Positions 22,150-31,966 of a stretch of 33,672 bases of DNA are shown here, piece by piece. The notes beneath the pieces are model-generated. The model saw only the letters and a list, made by a program, of their open reading frames with translations, was not told the origin of the DNA and searched no databases. Made by a program: the position numbers and the translations under genes. The stretch is from Octopus bimaculoides (lineage: Eukaryota). The stretch is from assembly GCF_001194135.2 (NCBI RefSeq), contig NC_069006.1, positions 13,334,828-13,368,499 of the forward strand. The letters run 5' to 3'. Positions within the stretch are counted from its first letter, which is position 1; each line of letters begins with the position of its first letter.

Positions 22150-22415
22150 AATGTGTCTTCATCAGTTACAATGAAATTAATGTGCAAGTGGCTGAGTACC
22201 CCACAGACATACATACCCTTAACATAGTTCTCTAGGAGATTCGGCATGACACAGAATATGACAAGGCTGGCCCCTATGAATTACAGGTACAATTCACTTT
22301 TGCCAGCTGAATGGGCTGGAGGAACATGAAATAAAATGTCGGACAAAACATGCTGCTGGGAATCAAACTCACAACCTTAAAATTGTGAGCGAAATACCCA
22401 AACAACAAAGCCAAA
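22150..22415 (-). mobile_element. tRNA-derived SINE family C
   Basis: Minus strand has a tRNA-like head (GGTTGTGAGTTTGATTCC), then TTTATTTCA..CAGCTGGCAAAAGTGA..TACTCAGCCACTTGCAC. Homologous to 30935-31243. Confidence 0.75.
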
Positions 22416-22984
22416 TGCCTTCACTTTAAGATAGAAAGTGATTTTAAGAAAGAATATGGAGAGTGGGTCAGGTGGAGTGCCTCCACTTATATGCGTGTAT
22501 ATGTGATCATCATCAGTTTTCCACCCATTTTTCTTTGGCCTTCGTGGTTCTTAAAGCAGCCCTACTTCAGCTGTAATCTATGGTTGGATGCCCTTCCTCT
22601 TAACAATCCTAGCTTTGCTCTGTATCTTATTCATTTATTACTCCTCTGATCTTTAAATGTCAAAAAACTTGTCAGGTTTTAGGTTGTTTTATTTATGGCA
22701 GACGTAAATAAACGTCACTAATTGAACATCAGTGACACTGGAAATTTATTGAGACAAAACACACACACACATACACACACACACACACAAAAACACATAT
22801 ATGTATACATGTAAATACAAACATATACGTATATAAACACATTGATTTATTTAATTTTCTATTTTAAAATAATAGAAATTGTGTGTGAGTGTATATATGT
22901 GTGTGTGTATTTACATACATATGTTTATAAATATGTGCATTTGTGTGCATGTTTATGATCATGTATGTACATATACATTTAATA

Positions 22985-23480
22985 TACTAGACATAAGTTT
23001 CATAAGACTACAAAATATAAATATCCACACTACCACGCTCGAAACGTACCTGTTATAACTCTTTGTCTCGATTTGAATGTACGTGAAGGTATTTAGAAGG
23101 CCCAAACTTATTTCTGCAAATGTGCAAAGCACTGATGCTGATCATAGTTGAATCAATAAGCGTAGGAGTAAAGTAAATGTAGTAAAATTAGGGGGTGTCA
23201 GTGGGGCCCTATTTAAGCGGCCCTTCAGAAATTGAATCTCCTTACGATACTCCTTGAGAATTCATTGTCATTGTTCCAATTTGGTCGCCAATGCTGTGTA
23301 TTTAATTTAAGATACAGTAAAAATAGGGGTGGAGCCAATTAGGTGGCCCTTTAAAAAAATAGACCCCCTTAGGACATTCCCTGGGATTAGGGGAGTTGCT
23401 GGTTTGAGTTTCATTTACCTTGCACCAACAGTTTAGGAGGAGTTAACGAACATAAAAATGTAACAGATAGAGAAACATCA
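22985..23480 (+). mobile_element. Possible non-autonomous Helitron-like (Lep1/DINE-type) element
   Basis: Starts TACTAG and ends GTTTCAT..AGTTTAGGAGGAGTT..ACAGATAGA..TTTTATAATAGGAT. Resemblance only. Confidence 0.3.
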
Positions 23481-24161
23481 CTAAAATTTATAATAGGATA
23501 TGCATGCATATGTATGTATGTGCATAAACACACACACACACACACACAAGTAGTAAATTGGCTTAGTTTTTAGAGCATTGGATAGATTTATTGAGGTATT
23601 TCTTATGAGTCTCTGAGCTACAGGTTCAAAATCCTTCCATGGTCAACGTTGCCTCTCATCCTTTGCAGGGGTTGATAAAAAAAAATTCCCCTCGAGGGGG
23701 GTAAAATGGCAGAACTGTAAAAAGCTTGGGGGAGATGATTTGCTGTCTCTATCTAAGCTCTTTTTTTCTATGTTCCAGTAGGAATTGGTGCCAAAATTGG
23801 GGCCAACTAATTTCTGACTTGTTTGTTGGATAACCATGGTGGTATGGAGATGAGAGTATTGATTGCATTTTATCAGTTGCCTAATGGCAACGTTCAGCAT
23901 GAAACTGACAATAACATTCTAACCAGTTCTTTACCAAATCCACTCTGAAAGCTTTGGCAGAGTTTGGGTGATGGTTGAAGACACTTTCCATGTGTTATAC
24001 AGTAGAACTGAACTTGAAGCTATGCAACTGCCAAGCAAACCTCTTAACCATGCAGCTATGCTTCTGTCTTTGCCAGTCATAGCAAGGACATTTGTGCTGA
24101 CCAGCAGATCAATGATGAAAAGCAGTCAGGCTTTCACCACCCGATCATTTTTCGTGTAGGG

Positions 24162-24694
24162 TGTGATTTGCGTGAAATTTTGTGATTTGTGTGGAATTTT
24201 GTGATTTGTGGAATTTTGTGATTTGTGTGGAATTTTGTGATTTGTGTGGAATTTTGTGATTTGTGTGGAATTTTGTGATTTGCGTGAAATTTTGTGATTT
24301 GTGTGGAATTTTGTGACTTGCGTGAAATTTTGTGATTTGCGTGGAATTTTGTGATTTGTGTGGAATTTTGTGATTTGTGTGAAATTTTGTGATTTGCGTG
24401 AAATTTTGTGATNNNNNNNNNNNNNNNNNNNNNNNNNNNNNNNNNNNNNNNNNNNNNNNNNNNNNNNNNNNNNNNNNNNNNNNNNNNNNNNNNNNNNNNN
24501 NNNNNNNNNNNNNNNNNNNNNNNNNNNNNNNNNNNNNNNNNNNNNNNNNNTTGTGGAATTTTGTGATTTGTGTGGAATTTTGTGATTTGTGTGGAATTTT
24601 GTGATTTGTGTGGAATTTTGTGATTTGCGTGAAATTTTGTGATTTGTGTGAAATTTTGTGATTTGCGTGAAATTTTGTGATTTGTGTGGAATTT
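24162..24694. repeat. 19-bp minisatellite GTGATTTG(T/C)GTG(G/A)AATTTT
   Basis: At least 20 visible units. N gap at 24413-24550. The 19-aa periodicity in the ORF track confirms the unit length. Confidence 0.95.
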
Positions 24695-24736
24695 CTAGCA
24701 TGTAGCTTCCCCCTTTGGCTTGTCTTAGATGATGCA

Positions 24737-25300
24737 TGTAGGAGAATCAACCATGCTGCTTATGGTCATGTGACTTGAATGGACAGTAGCCATCAGGTGG
24801 AACAGATGTAGCCTACTGTCAAGACATTATATAGCAGGAACAAACTACTTCATGGCATTGTAGGGGTGATTTGAAACTTAACTCCCAAGTAACTGGTCAG
24901 ATACCATGACTGCACTACAATAGTTTCACTTGATTGGCCTATTAGGCAACCAGTCAGTATCAGGCCATTGTGAGATTTGATCTTCTAGAATCTTCTTGTA
25001 GCATATAAAAGGCCACTTTTGGCAGTAATCAGTCACAGAATGCTGGAAGCAGCTGAGTGACATGTGCCTTCTTCTTACTATTTGATGGTGTCAGACATTT
25101 GCGCAGACAACTCCAGGGTCTTGGACAGACTGAGCCAAACATTCATACCGTGTCTCAAAAGTAACTTCTTTGAATGTGATGTGGCTTCCCTTTCTCTCCC
25201 AGATTGTAATTATGGCTGTTGTTAACTGTAAACGGTCAACTCAGTTTGTCCTTATGTGCAACAATAAAGCCTTTGGTTAAATGTTTGCGGGTTTTGTTCA
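24737..25300 (+). mobile_element. Solo-LTR-like element
   Basis: TG...CA ends, ATTGG 24933-24937, TATAAAAGG 25004-25012, AATAAA 25263-25268. No TSD found. Confidence 0.4.
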
Positions 25301-25304
25301 GGTA

Positions 25305-25575
25305 CTTCTTGTGAGTGGATCTGGCAGATGGAAACTGAAAGAAGCCCATCATATATGGATATATACCTATGTGTCTGTGTTTGTCCCTGTCACCACCTGA
25401 CAACCGGTGTTGATGTGTTTATGTCCCCGTAACTTAGCAGTTCGGCAAAAGAGACTGAAAGAATAAGTACCAGGCTTAAAAGATAAGTACTAGGGTCGAT
25501 TCATTCGGTTAAAAATTCAAGGTAATGGCCGCAGTCTAGTGACTGAAATTGGTAAAAGGTAAAAGATTAAAAGAA
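25305..25575 (+). mobile_element. SINE family A, 5'-truncated
   Basis: TTGTGAGTGGATCTGGCAGATGGAAACTGAAAGAAGCCC..GTCCCCGTAACTTAGCAGTTCGGCAAAAGAG..GGCCGCAGTC. Confidence 0.85.
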
Positions 25576-25740
25576 TTAAGTTTTATAGAATATGGTTACT
25601 TTCGGTAGAGTGGAGGCATAATTTACAAAATGGAGATGGGGCATGGAGCGTATTTTCTGTTGTCCCGATCCAAAAAGCCATTCCTATCTTGGGCATCATT
25701 TTACACATTGGTCCACATATAAGTCTTTATTTGAGAAAAT

Positions 25741-26180
25741 CATGTGATTTGAGGGAGATTTGGCTGCTACTTCTAGCAGATCAAGCGACCACATAGAGTC
25801 TGCCTTGTTACTTGAAAGTATTTTGAAGTTATTTAGCCCTAGACCCACTTTGATCAAAAGCATTCCAGCCATGACTATCCCACCTTTTTAAAGCTATCTA
25901 AGGACTACATTATCTAATGTGTTCACTTTTTTTCAACATATAACAGAAAATTTGGCTGCTATTCCTAGCAGATCAAGCAACTGCATAGAGACTCCTTCAT
26001 CACTTCAACATATTTTCAATTGTTGTTTAGCCCTACATCAACTATAATGAAAAGCACTCCAACTATGACCCCCTCACTTTTTCAGAGCTAATTTAAGGAC
26101 TACATTATCTAATACATTCTTCACTTTCTCTAAGGCAACATGATACAACTGAGGGATGTTTGGCTGCTATTTTCTATGAG
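25741..26180 (-). mobile_element. Family D head-to-tail tandem (two units plus part of a third)
   Basis: TGGCTGCTA at 25761, 25953 and 26161 (periods 192 and 208). TTTAGCCCT at 25832 and 26026. Confidence 0.85.
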
Positions 26181-26191
26181 ATCACACAGAA

Positions 26192-26252
<61 letters not shown>

Positions 26253-27344
26253 CATCCTGCCCGCCCTCTTTCTGTGTCTTTATAGACTTGAACAATAATA
26301 TTTAATGCCTGGTGATAATGCTTCCAAGATTTCTTCCCTAATTTTGGGTGGAGATCAAACAATAATCTTCACTGCCGCCACTACCAAGTCTACGTAATTC
26401 CTATGCCTCTAATCAAACCTCTGACACGTTGTTACAGACAAACAAATAGGTCAATAACACTTGTTTACCTTCCATTGTGTGACCTAAATATCCCTCTTTG
26501 AATGCATTCACAGGGGAATATTTCCAAGTGTCAGATGGAGCAGTCGGTGAAGGAACCAGTAGCTTATACCTCATTAAATGCACACACACACACACACGCA
26601 CACGCACACATGCATGCACACACACACACACACCGCACACACATGTACATACACACACAAACACATACATATATACATACACACACACACATGCACAAAC
26701 ATTCACATGTGCATATATATATATGTGCAGATGTGTATGTGTGTGCATGCACATGTATGTATGTATGTATATATACATATATATATATATATANNNNNNN
26801 NNNNNNNNNNNNNNNNNNNNNNNNNNNNNNNNNNNNNNNNNNNNNNNNNNNNNNNNNNNNNNNNNNNNNNNNNNNNNNNNNNNNNNNNNNNNNNNNNNNN
26901 NNNNNNNNNNNNNNNNNNNNNNNNNNNNNNNNNNNNNNNNNNNNNNNNNNNNNNNNNNNNNNNNNNNNNNNNNNNNNNNNNNNNNNNNNNNNNNNNNNNN
27001 NNNNNNNNNNNNNNNNNNNNNNNNNNNNNNNNNNNNNNNNNNNNNNNNNNNNNNNNNNNNNNNNNNNNNNNNNNNNNNNNNNNNNNNNNNNNNNNNNNNN
27101 NNNNNNNNNNNNNNNNNNNNNNNNNNNNNNNNNNNNNNNNNNNNNNNNNNNNNNNNNNNNNNNNNNNNNNNNNNNNNNNNNNNNNNNNNNNNNNNNNNNN
27201 NNNNNNNNNNNNNNNNNNNNNNNNNNNNNNNNNNNNNNNNNNNNNNNNNNNNNNNNNNNNNNNNNNNNNTATATATATATTAATAATAATAATATGACAA
27301 CAAAATAATGAATGAGATCTCAATACTGTGTAAATAAAGGAATT

Positions 27345-27480
27345 TATCTATTGAAATTTGTAGAAAGACAAAAGATGAAGACAGATGTATAAACAACAAG
27401 CAGGTGTATAAGTTTGACGCTTGAGAAGGTGAGAAAGTCTTTTACACTTCGAGCCTACTCTCTTCAACAGAAAGAAACAC
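27345..27480 (-). mobile_element. Penelope-like terminal repeat fragment
   Basis: Homologous, in opposite orientation, to 31694-31835. Carries a degenerate hammerhead-like motif. Confidence 0.5.
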
Positions 27481-27834
27481 GAGGAAATAAACAGAGAGAA
27501 TAAAAACGTATGGTATAGGAAAAAACAGAGTAAGAAAAAGCAGAAAGTTAAAAAATGAAGACATCAAGTGTAGGTAGGATCCTGTAGAGATGCATGTATC
27601 AAACCCAATTTATAACCATTGATTGGACTCTGGGGTTGGTTCTTCATGTGGTGTAGGTATAAAAAGTAAGCACAAATGGTGCTTACTTCATGTGTGTGTG
27701 TGTGGAAGGTGTATTGGCAAGCTACTTCACAGTTTCTATTAAAATTCAATCACAAATCATGGAAGTTGTTAATTCAATAAGTTGCTTAATCAATTGATGG
27801 CCTGGCCAACTGGTCAGTCATCTGTCAATATCAA

Positions 27835-28041
27835 TGAGCTGGCAGACTCATTAGCATGCTGGGTGGAAAGGTTTAGCAGTATTTCATGTCTTTACATTCT
27901 GAGTTCAAATTCTGCTGATGTCGACTTTGCCTTTTATCTTTTCAGAGTCGATAGATTGAATACCAGTTGCATACTGGGGTCAATCTAATTGACTGGCCCC
28001 TTCCCCCAAAATTTCAGGCCTTGTGCCTAGAGTAAAAAAAA
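27835..28041 (+). mobile_element. SINE family B
   Basis: GAGCTGGCAGA..GAGTTCAAATTCTGCTGATGTCGACTTTGCC..CTGGGGTCAATC..GGCCTTGTGCC + A tail. Confidence 0.85.
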
Positions 28042-28504
28042 ATATCAATAAGGTGGAGAGCAACTAGGTTTGAGAACAACTTTATCCTTTCCTCCCAGCA
28101 GTTTCACAAAACCATGTCCATGATCCCCCCCCCAACCCACCAATGCTCACCATCGTTGTTTTCCCTCTTTCCTCCACTCTCCCTCATGTATCCTCCTACC
28201 TGCCTAACATATGCCCCAGTTAAATCCCTTACCTTTCCTCCTGCCTCTCCCTCCCACTCTTTTTTGGGAATCATGTGCACTCACCTGTCCACTTACCCCT
28301 TCCTATTATATGCACCACCCTGTAACCTAGCTTACAGTTCCTGCACCCACCCCTCTCCCTGTCACCTCTTCACCATCTTTCCTCTCTCTCATTTCTCCAT
28401 CTGAGGAAGCCACGTCTCTCTTCTAATGCAAGGCACCCGTTCTGTCCCTCAATACTACTCCACCCAGTTGAGTGGGGGGTCGTGTCCTGAAAGTTACCTG
28501 GTGT

Positions 28505-28675
28505 CCTCACAGTTACTGGCGCCACATAAAGAGCACCCAGTACACTCTGTAAAGTGGTTGGCATTAGGAAGGGCACCCAGACATAGAAACCATGCCAAAA
28601 CAGACAGCAGAACATGTTGTAGTCTTAAACTGTCCAACCCATGCTAGCATTGAAAACGGTTGATAGATGATGACG
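28505..28675 (+). mobile_element. RTE-type 3' tail
   Basis: GAGCACCCAGTACACTCTGTAAAGTGGTTGGCATTAGGAAGGGCA..CCAACCCATGCTAGCA..GATGATGA. Confidence 0.8.
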
Positions 28676-28922
28676 AAAAAGAAGAAAGGGGCCAGAGAAA
28701 CTGAAATTCTGTTTCTAAGTCATTAAAACAATGTTAATCCAATTGCAGAAGCTAGATGGCACATCTTCCAGCTGAAAGGAAATTAAAATCAATATTTCTT
28801 AGTAAAGAATGTTCCTGTCACAAAACAACCAGTTTGTTTGTTTTTACTGATAACTAATTCTCTGACCTTGCTGATATAGAAACTCATATGTATGTATGTG
28901 TGGTGAGTGTGTGTGGCATGTA

Positions 28923-28959
<37 letters not shown>

Positions 28960-29419
28960 ACGTGTGTGTAATCATTCAGTTTTATTTCAAGATTTCTTGA
29001 ATAGAGATAGAACCGGTTTCTAACCTAGATCCAAGGCTCCTTCACTGGAATTTCAACAACATCAGTAGGTATGTATGCATGTAGGTGTGCATATGTCCAG
29101 TATTTGGACATGGTGCATGTGCAGATTTGTACGTTTTGTTTTATGCATGCGTTCTCATGTGTATATTTGCATGTTAGACATGTGCATAAATACTAAATTT
29201 CTGGAAAGTTTTACCAATTTCTACAGTTCCATTGATGGCTTACACCTGAAGTCTTCAAATCAGCTTTCTCCTTACTGATTTTGAGAAGCCTAATTTCTAA
29301 GACTGGCATTTAGGCACTGTGTTACATATCCTAGTGTCCCAATAATTACAGGTATAAATCTGAACTTGTAATTCATGGAGAGTAACTGTAGATTTCTCAA
29401 TAATTCAACATAGAGGTTG

Positions 29420-29683
29420 TACGTATGTATGTATGCATGTATGTGTGTGTATGTATGTGTGTATGTATGAATGTATATATGTGTGTGTGTATGTCTGTCT
29501 ATCTGTATGTGTGTGTATGTATGAATGTATGTATGTGTGTTTGTATGTAAGTATGTATGTATGAATGTATTATGTATGTATATATGTATGAATGTATGTA
29601 TGTGTGTGTATGTATGTGTGTATGTATGAATGAATGTATGTGTATGTATGTATGTATGTTTGTATGTATGTATGTATGTATGA
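29420..29683. repeat. Compound (TATG)n/(TG)n microsatellite
   Basis: Direct inspection. Other large tracts: 1-34, 15680-15835, 26580-27280 (mostly N). Confidence 0.95.
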
Positions 29684-30261
29684 GCTGCAAAATGGCTGCA
29701 TTGCTATGGAAGTCATATGTTTAAATAAACACATATATTTATCTCTCATACCTTCTGGCTTTATGGGTTTGTACACTCCTCATGAAGTACCTTTGTTGAT
29801 TGGATTTTATAGATTTTTCAGTTTCATGGATACTCTACATTACACTTCTTTGTAATTGAGTACTTTGTGAACAGGTAGCCAAATCCAAAGAGGAGCTTAC
29901 TGTGACAGCCACACGATGTTCTGAATCTACATTTTATAGCACTATTTGTTCCACCCACATGTAACAATGAAACTTTTCACACACTCCACCACAACAAACC
30001 AAACTGTGTCTCCTCTTCTCTTCTACACATTTCCTCTTCTTCATGTACGACATTTACGCTTATCTCTTGTTCCCCAATCCTGTCCTTACAGCTCTGCTCA
30101 CTGTATCATTACTACCTTTGTTTTACCCACCAGTCACTGCATTCCCCACCCCCCACACTCTTTGCATATATGTGAATTCTGTACTCCCTATTCATGCACC
30201 TCTGGCTATACCTTACCATTTATACAGTTCTATATTTAAGAGATGAGGAATTATGTACATT

Positions 30262-30686
30262 ACTCTTTACTCTTTCCTTGTTTCAGTCATTTGACTGCGG
30301 CCATGCTGGAGCACCACCTTTAGTCGAGCAAATTGACCCCAGGACTTATTCTTTGGATGCCTAGTACTTATTCTATCGGTCTCTTTTGCTGAACCGCTAA
30401 GTTACAGGGACATAAACACACCAGCATCGGTTGTCAAGCGATGTTGGGGGGGGGGAACAAACACAGACACACAAACATATACACACATATACACACACAT
30501 ACATACATATATACATATATACGACGGGCTTCTTTCAGTTTCCGTCTACCAAATCCACTCACAAGGCTTTGGTCGGTCCGAGGCTATAGTAGAAGACACT
30601 TGCCCAAGGTGCCACACAGTGGGAATGAACCCAGAACCATGTGGTTGGTAAGCAAGCTACTTACCACACAGCCACTCCTGTGCCTA
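30262..30686 (-). mobile_element. SINE family A, full-length and least decayed copy
   Basis: Minus strand: GGCACAGGAGTGGCTGTGTGG (A box), GGTTCATTCCC (B-box-like), GTGGCACCTTGGGCAAGTGTCTTC (CORE-like), internal microsatellite, (GTAAAGA) tail. TACATT on both flanks. Confidence 0.92.
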
Positions 30687-30734
30687 CATTTGACGGATAT
30701 TTGTCCTTATCTTGTTTATTGTTAATTGAGCATG

Positions 30735-30925
30735 TGTGTTTGTCCCTCCACAATCACTTAACAACCAATGTTGGTGTGTTTACATCCCCGTAACTTAGCG
30801 GTTCATCAAAAGAGACCAATAGAATAATGACTAGGCTTATAAAGAATAAATACTGGGGTCGATTTGTTCGACTAAAGGCAGTGTTCCAGCATGGCCACAG
30901 TCAAATCACTGAAAAGAATAAAAGA
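30735..30925 (+). mobile_element. SINE family A, 3' half
   Basis: GTGTGTTTACATCCCCGTAACTTAGCGGTTC..CTGGGGTCGATTTGTTCGACTAAAGG..CCAGCATGGCCACAGTC. Confidence 0.85.
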
Positions 30926-30934
30926 ATCTGTCAG

Positions 30935-31243
30935 TAACGACAAGGAGTGTTGCAATTGATCCGATCACCAGAACAGCCTACTCTTGAAATTAGCATGCAG
31001 GTGGCTGAGTACTCCACAGACACATGTACCCTTAATGTACTTTTCAGCGAGATTCAGCAAGACATACAATGGGACAAGGCTAGCCCTTTGAAATACAGGT
31101 CCAACTCACTTTTACCAGCTGAGTGAACTGGAACAGTATGAAATAATGTGTCTTACTCAAGAACAAAATGCCTCACTGAGAATCAAACTCACAACTTTAC
31201 AGTCATGAGCTGTATACCCTAACCATTAAGCCACACACCTTAA
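30935..31243 (-). mobile_element. SINE family C
   Basis: Homologous to 22150-22415. Minus-strand head GGTGTGTGGCTTAATGGTTAGGG..GTTGTGAGTTTGATTC. Confidence 0.8.
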
Positions 31244-31693
31244 CTCTTGCCATTTATAGAAGGCTCTAGAATATGTCATGGCTGTTGATAAATATTTTAC
31301 TCACAGTCTATATTTACATTATTTTTATGGGAATATTTTTGTTTTATTTTAAAATTCCTAGAGTGGCAATGTTCAGCATGTTTTTACAACAATCAATGGT
31401 TTTGACAATGTGTTTGTGCTTTGTCATTCATAACATGAGAAACTTTCTGTTCAACATCTCACCTGACTACTTTATTTACCTGTGTATACATGTAATAAAT
31501 GGGTGTAGGTTTATACGTACCTGTATATGGCTATATGCTTATGCATGTACATATTTGTGTGTGTGCGTGTGTGTACAATTGTAAAAACACTCTTTGATTG
31601 TTCATTCAGTATTGTTTTTCTCCTTGTACATGAGAAACAGTTGGCTAAAATGGGTGACTACTTTGAACCTTAGATCTGGGTGTAGGGTTAGTG

Positions 31694-31835
31694 TATCCTT
31701 TCTGTCAAAGGGTGTAGGCCAGAAATGTCAAAGACTTTTCCATTCTTCCCAAGCGTTAAACTAATACACCTGCTTGTTGTTCCTTCACTTGTCTTCATCT
31801 TCTGTTTTCTATAAATTTGAACTGTATCTCTCCGT
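31694..31835 (+). mobile_element. Penelope-like terminal repeat fragment
   Basis: CTTTCTGTCAAAGGGTGTAGGCCAGAAATGTCAAAGAC..AAGCGTTAAACTAATACACCTGCTTGTTG. Homologous to 27345-27480. Confidence 0.5.
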
Positions 31836-31875
31836 TTTCAAACTTAATAAATATATAATATATATATATATATAC

Positions 31876-31945
31876 AAAGTGGGTGGTATTGCCCCCACTG
31901 GGGGCAGTGGAAAGTTCCAAAGGGGTAATGAAGAAAAATGGGGCA
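31876..31945. mobile_element. hAT/Charlie-type MITE fragment
   Basis: CAAAGTGGGTGGTATTGCCCCCACTGGGGGCAGTGG, with palindromic GCCCCC/GGGGGC core. Confidence 0.35.
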
Positions 31946-31966
31946 ATATATATATATATATATATA

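Noticed and set aside
24126-24750. 200-aa ORFs with HKSQNFTQITKFHTN repeats; also considered as a CRISPR-like array
   Set aside because: Artefact of a stop-free 19-bp unit read in all frames. The units are contiguous with no spacers, and the sequence is eukaryotic.
26469-26569. Minus-strand open segment YKLLVPSPTAPSDTWKYSPVNAFKEGYLGHTME ending at AAG|GTAAAC
   Set aside because: Good donor but a poor acceptor next to a TG tract. No recognisable homology or partner exons.
27664-27688. 10-bp perfect hairpin AAGTAAGCAC-AAATG-GTGCTTACTT
   Set aside because: About one such stem is expected by chance in this much AT-rich sequence, and there is no supporting context.
31362-31410. WQCSACFYNN after a strong plus acceptor, resembling a RanBP2 zinc-finger start
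   Set aside because: In-frame stop four codons later and wrong spacing of the second Cys pair.
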